Assembly: GCA_963782525.1 (NCBI GenBank)
Contig: CAWAKC010000011.1
Span: forward strand, 32,001 to 96,000
DNA: 64,000 nt
Direction: 5' to 3'
Origin: Candidatus Bathyarchaeota archaeon
GTDB taxonomy: Archaea > Thermoproteota > Bathyarchaeia > Bathyarchaeales > Bathycorpusculaceae
The notes beneath the pieces are model-generated. The model was not told the origin of the DNA and made no database searches. It was given only the letters and a program-made list of their open reading frames with translations. The position numbers and the translations under genes are program-made. The number at the start of each line of letters is the position of its first letter. Positions within the stretch are counted from its first letter, which is position 1. Shown here piece by piece: positions 60,252 to 64,000 of the stretch.

Positions 60252-63071
60252 TTACGCGGGGGTTGCTTCTTTTGTTTCTTTGATTGTTTTTTTGCTGTTG
60301 GAAACGGCTATTGCTTGCAGTTGTTCTTCCTGAGTTGCTTTTGGGGGTTCGGGTAGGTTTATGCATCGGAAATCGATGTCTTCGTCTTTGAGGTTGAGGG
60401 TGGCTTTAACGGTGCCGTCGGTTAAGTATTCAATGTTGAAGCCCATCTTCTTTGTCAGGCTTAAAGCTCGGTAATTATCTTGTAGTATTATTGCGTCGAT
60501 TTTTTCGATGCCTTTTTCCTTCGCAATATCAAGTGTGTAATCAACCATTTTGGTGCCTAAGCCTAAGCCCTGCCAGTAATCACTCACAAGAAACGCCATT
60601 TCACCGCTTTTTTCATCGGATTCAAGGGTGAGGCGGCTGACACCGAGGATTTTGCGTTTGCCGTTTTCAACCATTTCAGCAACTAAAGCGATTTCGCGGT
60701 CGTAGTCAATGTTGCAGTAGCGTACGCGGACTTCGTGGGGGGTGTCCTTCAGCATTTGGAAGAACCTGTAACGTATGGATTCTTCTGATAGGCTCTGGAA
60801 CATTTCCAGCCACATCGGTTCATCTTCGGGTTTTATTGGGCGCAACAGGACTTCTTGGCCGTTTTTGAGTAACCACAGCACCTCGTATTTCTTAGGGTAT
60901 GGGCTGATAACCATGTGTTCATGGGGTTCAAATTTCTTGCAGACCTTGTCTTTGTCGACGACTATACGAGCATCGAGGACGGTTGCGTCTTTTTGGTTGA
61001 TTAGCAAGGGGTTTATGTCGATTTCTTTTATCTGTGGAAAATCAACCAGTAGCTGAGAGAACATTAGCACGGTTTCGTCGAGTTTTTTGAGGTCTACTGG
61101 TGGTGCATTTCGCCAGCCTTTGAGTAAACGGTAGACTTTGGTTTCTTCCATCATGCGGTGGATAAGGGTTGTGTTTAATGGTGGGAGCCCAATGGAGTAG
61201 TCTTTGAAGAGTTCGACGCCTACGCCGCCCATGCCGAAGAGAATTACTGGACCGAAAACTGGGTCGGTTTTTCCGCCTATAATGATTTCGTGGCCTTTCT
61301 TCTCAATCATTGGTTGAACTGTGACGCCGATGATTTGGGCGTTGGGGTTGTATGCGGTTGCTCTTTGAATTAGAAGTTCGAATGCTTCACGGACTTCACG
61401 CGGTGAATTAACATTTAAGATTACTCCGCCGGCGTCACTCTTGTGGACGATTTGGGGTGAGAGAATCTTGAGGACAACGGGGAAACCCATTTCCTGTGAA
61501 AACGCAACAGCTTCATCAACGTTGTTGGCGACTGCGGTTTTTACGACTGGGAAATTGTAGTATTTGAGGATTTTTTTTGCTTCATCTTCAGTTAAGATTT
61601 CGCGGCCTTCGAATGCAGCGTTTCTCAAAATTGCCATGATGGGGCGTTTTGGTGGAGCTGAATCGACTGGCAGTTCTTCGGGGGTTTCATAGAGGAGGTC
61701 GATGTTGCGTTGGTAATTGTACATGTACATGTACGTTCGGGTTGCTTGTTCGGGTGTGTTGTAGGTTGGGATGTTGTTTGCATTGAGAATGTTGTTTGCT
61801 TCTTGCACTGCGCCAAAACCCATGAATGATGTTAAGATAGTTTTGTTCTGGAAGGTTTTGCTGCGAACAAGCTCCACTATGCTTTTAGCTATTTCAACGG
61901 ATTCTGAAACTGCCTGTTGAGTGAAGATAATCAGAATTCCATCGATGTTTTCATCGTTTAAGCATCCTTCGACAGCAGCTTTGTACCGCTCGGACTTTGC
62001 GTCTCCTAAAACGTCGATTGGGTTGCCATGGCTCCAGAAAGGAGGTAAGACAGCGTTAAGAGAATCCAAGGTTTTCTGGCTAAGTTTTGCTATTTTGCCG
62101 CCTTGGGCGATGAGTGCGTCGGTTGCCATGACTCCAGGTCCGCCAGCGTTGGTGATTATGGCGAGTCTGGGTCCCTGAGGCAAGGGTTGTGTTCCTAAAA
62201 CCTCGGCGGCGTTGAATAGGTCTGCTATTTCGTTTACTCGGACTATACCTGCTCGTTTGAAGGCTGCGTCATAGATGCTGTCTTCGCCTGAGAGTGAGCC
62301 TGTGTGGGAGGCTGCGGCTTTTGCGCTTTCTGAGAATTTGCCTGATTTAACAACTATGATTGGTTTGGTTCTTGCGAAGTGTCTTGCAGCGCTCATGAAT
62401 TTGCGGGCTTCAGTTATGCCTTCAACGTACATGAGGATGCTTTTGGTTTTTGGGTCGGAACCAAAATAATCGATTAAATCGCCGAAGTCTACATCAATCA
62501 TGGATCCGACTGAGACGAAGTTGCTGAAGCCTATGTTTTCATGGATTGCCCAGTCAAGGATTGCAGAGCCCAACGCACCGCTTTGTGACAGAAACGCTAT
62601 GTTGCCGGATTTTGGCATTTTATCGAGGAAAGTGGCGTTGAGGTTGTTTCTGGGGCGGATGATGCCGATGCAGTTTGGACCGATAACTCTGATGCCATAT
62701 TTTTTGGCGACTTCAGTTATTTTTTCTTCTAGGGCTTTTCCTGGTGCACCCGTTTCTTTGAAGCCTGCGGAGACGATGATTACGCCTTTTACATGTGCTT
62801 TGCCGCATTCCTCCATAACATCTGGGACGGTTTTTGCTGGAGTTGCAATTATGGCTAAGTCGACGGGTTCAGGAATCTGATCGACAGTTGGGTAAGTTTT
62901 TACTCCTAAAATCTCAGGTTTTCTGAAGTTAACGAAGAAAACTTTACCGGTATAACCCATCTGAGTAAAATTTTTAACTATAGCGTAACCAACTGAGCCT
63001 TCAACGTCGCTGGCTCCGACGATGGCTACATTTTGAGGGTTGAAAATCTTGTCAAGGTTTAGGGTACCCAT
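60252..63071 (-). CDS. ADP-forming acyl-CoA synthetase alpha/beta plus GNAT fusion (Pat/PatZ-like architecture)
   Basis: GPNC.G, SQSGA, ASHTGSL, TNAGG.G, HKSD.GGV and DINPL motifs, C-terminal LRPI.PED...WQGLGLG. Confidence 0.88.
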   Translation of the reverse strand: MGTLNLDKIFNPQNVAIVGASDVEGSVGYAIVKNFTQMGYTGKVFFVNFRKPEILGVKTYPTVDQIPEPVDLAIIATPAKTVPDVMEECGKAHVKGVIIVSAGFKETGAPGKALEEKITEVAKKYGIRVIGPNCIGIIRPRNNLNATFLDKMPKSGNIAFLSQSGALGSAILDWAIHENIGFSNFVSVGSMIDVDFGDLIDYFGSDPKTKSILMYVEGITEARKFMSAARHFARTKPIIVVKSGKFSESAKAAASHTGSLSGEDSIYDAAFKRAGIVRVNEIADLFNAAEVLGTQPLPQGPRLAIITNAGGPGVMATDALIAQGGKIAKLSQKTLDSLNAVLPPFWSHGNPIDVLGDAKSERYKAAVEGCLNDENIDGILIIFTQQAVSESVEIAKSIVELVRSKTFQNKTILTSFMGFGAVQEANNILNANNIPTYNTPEQATRTYMYMYNYQRNIDLLYETPEELPVDSAPPKRPIMAILRNAAFEGREILTEDEAKKILKYYNFPVVKTAVANNVDEAVAFSQEMGFPVVLKILSPQIVHKSDAGGVILNVNSPREVREAFELLIQRATAYNPNAQIIGVTVQPMIEKKGHEIIIGGKTDPVFGPVILFGMGGVGVELFKDYSIGLPPLNTTLIHRMMEETKVYRLLKGWRNAPPVDLKKLDETVLMFSQLLVDFPQIKEIDINPLLINQKDATVLDARIVVDKDKVCKKFEPHEHMVISPYPKKYEVLWLLKNGQEVLLRPIKPEDEPMWLEMFQSLSEESIRYRFFQMLKDTPHEVRVRYCNIDYDREIALVAEMVENGKRKILGVSRLTLESDEKSGEMAFLVSDYWQGLGLGTKMVDYTLDIAKEKGIEKIDAIILQDNYRALSLTKKMGFNIEYLTDGTVKATLNLKDEDIDFRCINLPEPPKATQEEQLQAIAVSNSKKTIKETKEATPA

Positions 63072-63236
63072 GAATGTTACCTTCTGCTTAGGGTCGTGCA
63101 AACGGGGAAATTAAAGCTTACCGTTCAAGAATCAATATTCTTGAATATAAAACGCATTCTAAGATTAAAAACTAATGTTTATCGAATGATCAGCAAGGAA
63201 CTGTGAAATAGGAAAAAATTGAGTTAAAAAATTGAG

Positions 63237-63692
63237 TTACTGAAAATATTTTTTGATTTCCGCAAGGGAAAGAACTGCAATGCCATTAGCCGTCAACATT
63301 TTTTCAGCGCTCTCGATATCACTGGGGCGCAGAATCAATGCAATTTTGCCGCCGACGTGAACCGCTGACGAGTAAGCGTATTCTATGTTTATGCCGCCGT
63401 CACCAAGAATCTTGGTTATCTTTGAGAGGGTGTTTTCTTCGGAGATGAAAGTAGCCGTAACTTCAGTGTTCTTCTTTGATTTTGCCAAATTAAAATCTGC
63501 GTCTTCCAAAAGTTTCGCGGCTTTTTCAGGTTCCTCAGTAATCAAGCGGACCAAACCGAACTCGCCTTTGTCAGCAATCGAAAGCGCGAAGACTTTGATT
63601 TTGTTCTTGTCCAACTGTGACATTGTCTCAAACAGAGAACCTGGATGGTTATCAAGAAACACGCTGACTTGCGTTATAGGCAAACAGTACAC
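63237..63692 (-). CDS. ACT-domain pair protein
   Basis: QVSVFLDN.PG.L, ALSIAD..EFG..R and INIEY.Y motifs. Confidence 0.85.
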   Translation of the reverse strand: MYCLPITQVSVFLDNHPGSLFETMSQLDKNKIKVFALSIADKGEFGLVRLITEEPEKAAKLLEDADFNLAKSKKNTEVTATFISEENTLSKITKILGDGGINIEYAYSSAVHVGGKIALILRPSDIESAEKMLTANGIAVLSLAEIKKYFQ

Positions 63693-63804
63693 CTACACCT
63701 CAATAGTTTGGGTTGATATTTAACTTTAACCAAAATTTTAGGTAAAATGTCATTTTTGACCAACCTTTATATTTCCACATGAATAATTCCTTGCTAATTG
63801 GAGA

Positions 63805-64000
63805 ATGCAGAGTTTGCTTAAGTGCATCGGGGTCTCCAAGCAGTTTGGAGGACTCCAAGCCCTAAAAAACGTGGATTTCACTGTAGGCGACGGTGAGATA
63901 GCGGGGCTTGTGGGACCCAACGGTTCAGGCAAATCAACACTCCTTAACCTTATAAGCGGTGTCTACAAACCCGACACGGGACAAATACTCTTCAACAACG
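63805..64000 (+). CDS. ABC transporter ATP-binding protein (LivG-like, partial)
   Basis: Not in ORF track. MQSLLKCIGVSKQFGGLQALKNVDF...GLVGPNGSGKSTLLNLISG (Walker A). Confidence 0.85.
   Translation, partial: MQSLLKCIGVSKQFGGLQALKNVDFTVGDGEIAGLVGPNGSGKSTLLNLISGVYKPDTGQILFNN

Noticed and set aside
25-63932. Many short ORF-track entries antisense to or overlapping real genes (e.g. 25-207, 419-742, 2084-2605, 7556-8008, 63750-63932)
   Set aside because: Shadow ORFs of well-supported genes on the opposite strand or in another frame, with no motifs.
1-64000. CRISPR array, cas genes, rRNA
   Set aside because: No regularly spaced repeat-spacer pattern, cas motifs or rRNA sequence seen by eye.

Overview
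Archaeal chromosomal window, most likely Bathyarchaeia. This is inferred from the PQQ-like beta-propeller surface protein, DUF5658/DUF5752-type genes, a PEF-type sorting signal, an SSV-type split integrase and a D-loop tRNA intron. Housekeeping content: tRNA modification and processing (ThiI/MnmA-like, MtaB-like, Trm11, RNase Z, CysRS), prs, lipoate ligase, larBCE, a serC-like/serA/DUF1015 operon, a DEAD-box helicase, aquaporin, a complete hoxEFUYH hydrogenase operon and an ACD-GNAT fusion. The accessory centre (about 22.3-31.0 kb) is a tRNA-Arg(CCU) gene with a non-canonical intron. It is followed by three more copies of its 3' half, which delimit stacked integrated elements: a 3.7-kb element with a split, frameshifted integrase, then decayed elements carrying an S53 protease, a ComEC-like nuclease and a MITE. 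Top leads: (1) an unannotated CdrS-like RHH gene coupled to a 95-aa ORF that looks like FtsZ with the GTPase core deleted; (2) lysine 2,3-aminomutase coupled to an EctA-type rather than AblB-type acetyltransferase; (3) the stacked att array, where excision might create an acceptor-stem mismatch; (4) an antiporter flanked by a duplicated trm11 3' end. All family assignments come from motif recognition, not database searches. No CRISPR array or rRNA was seen.
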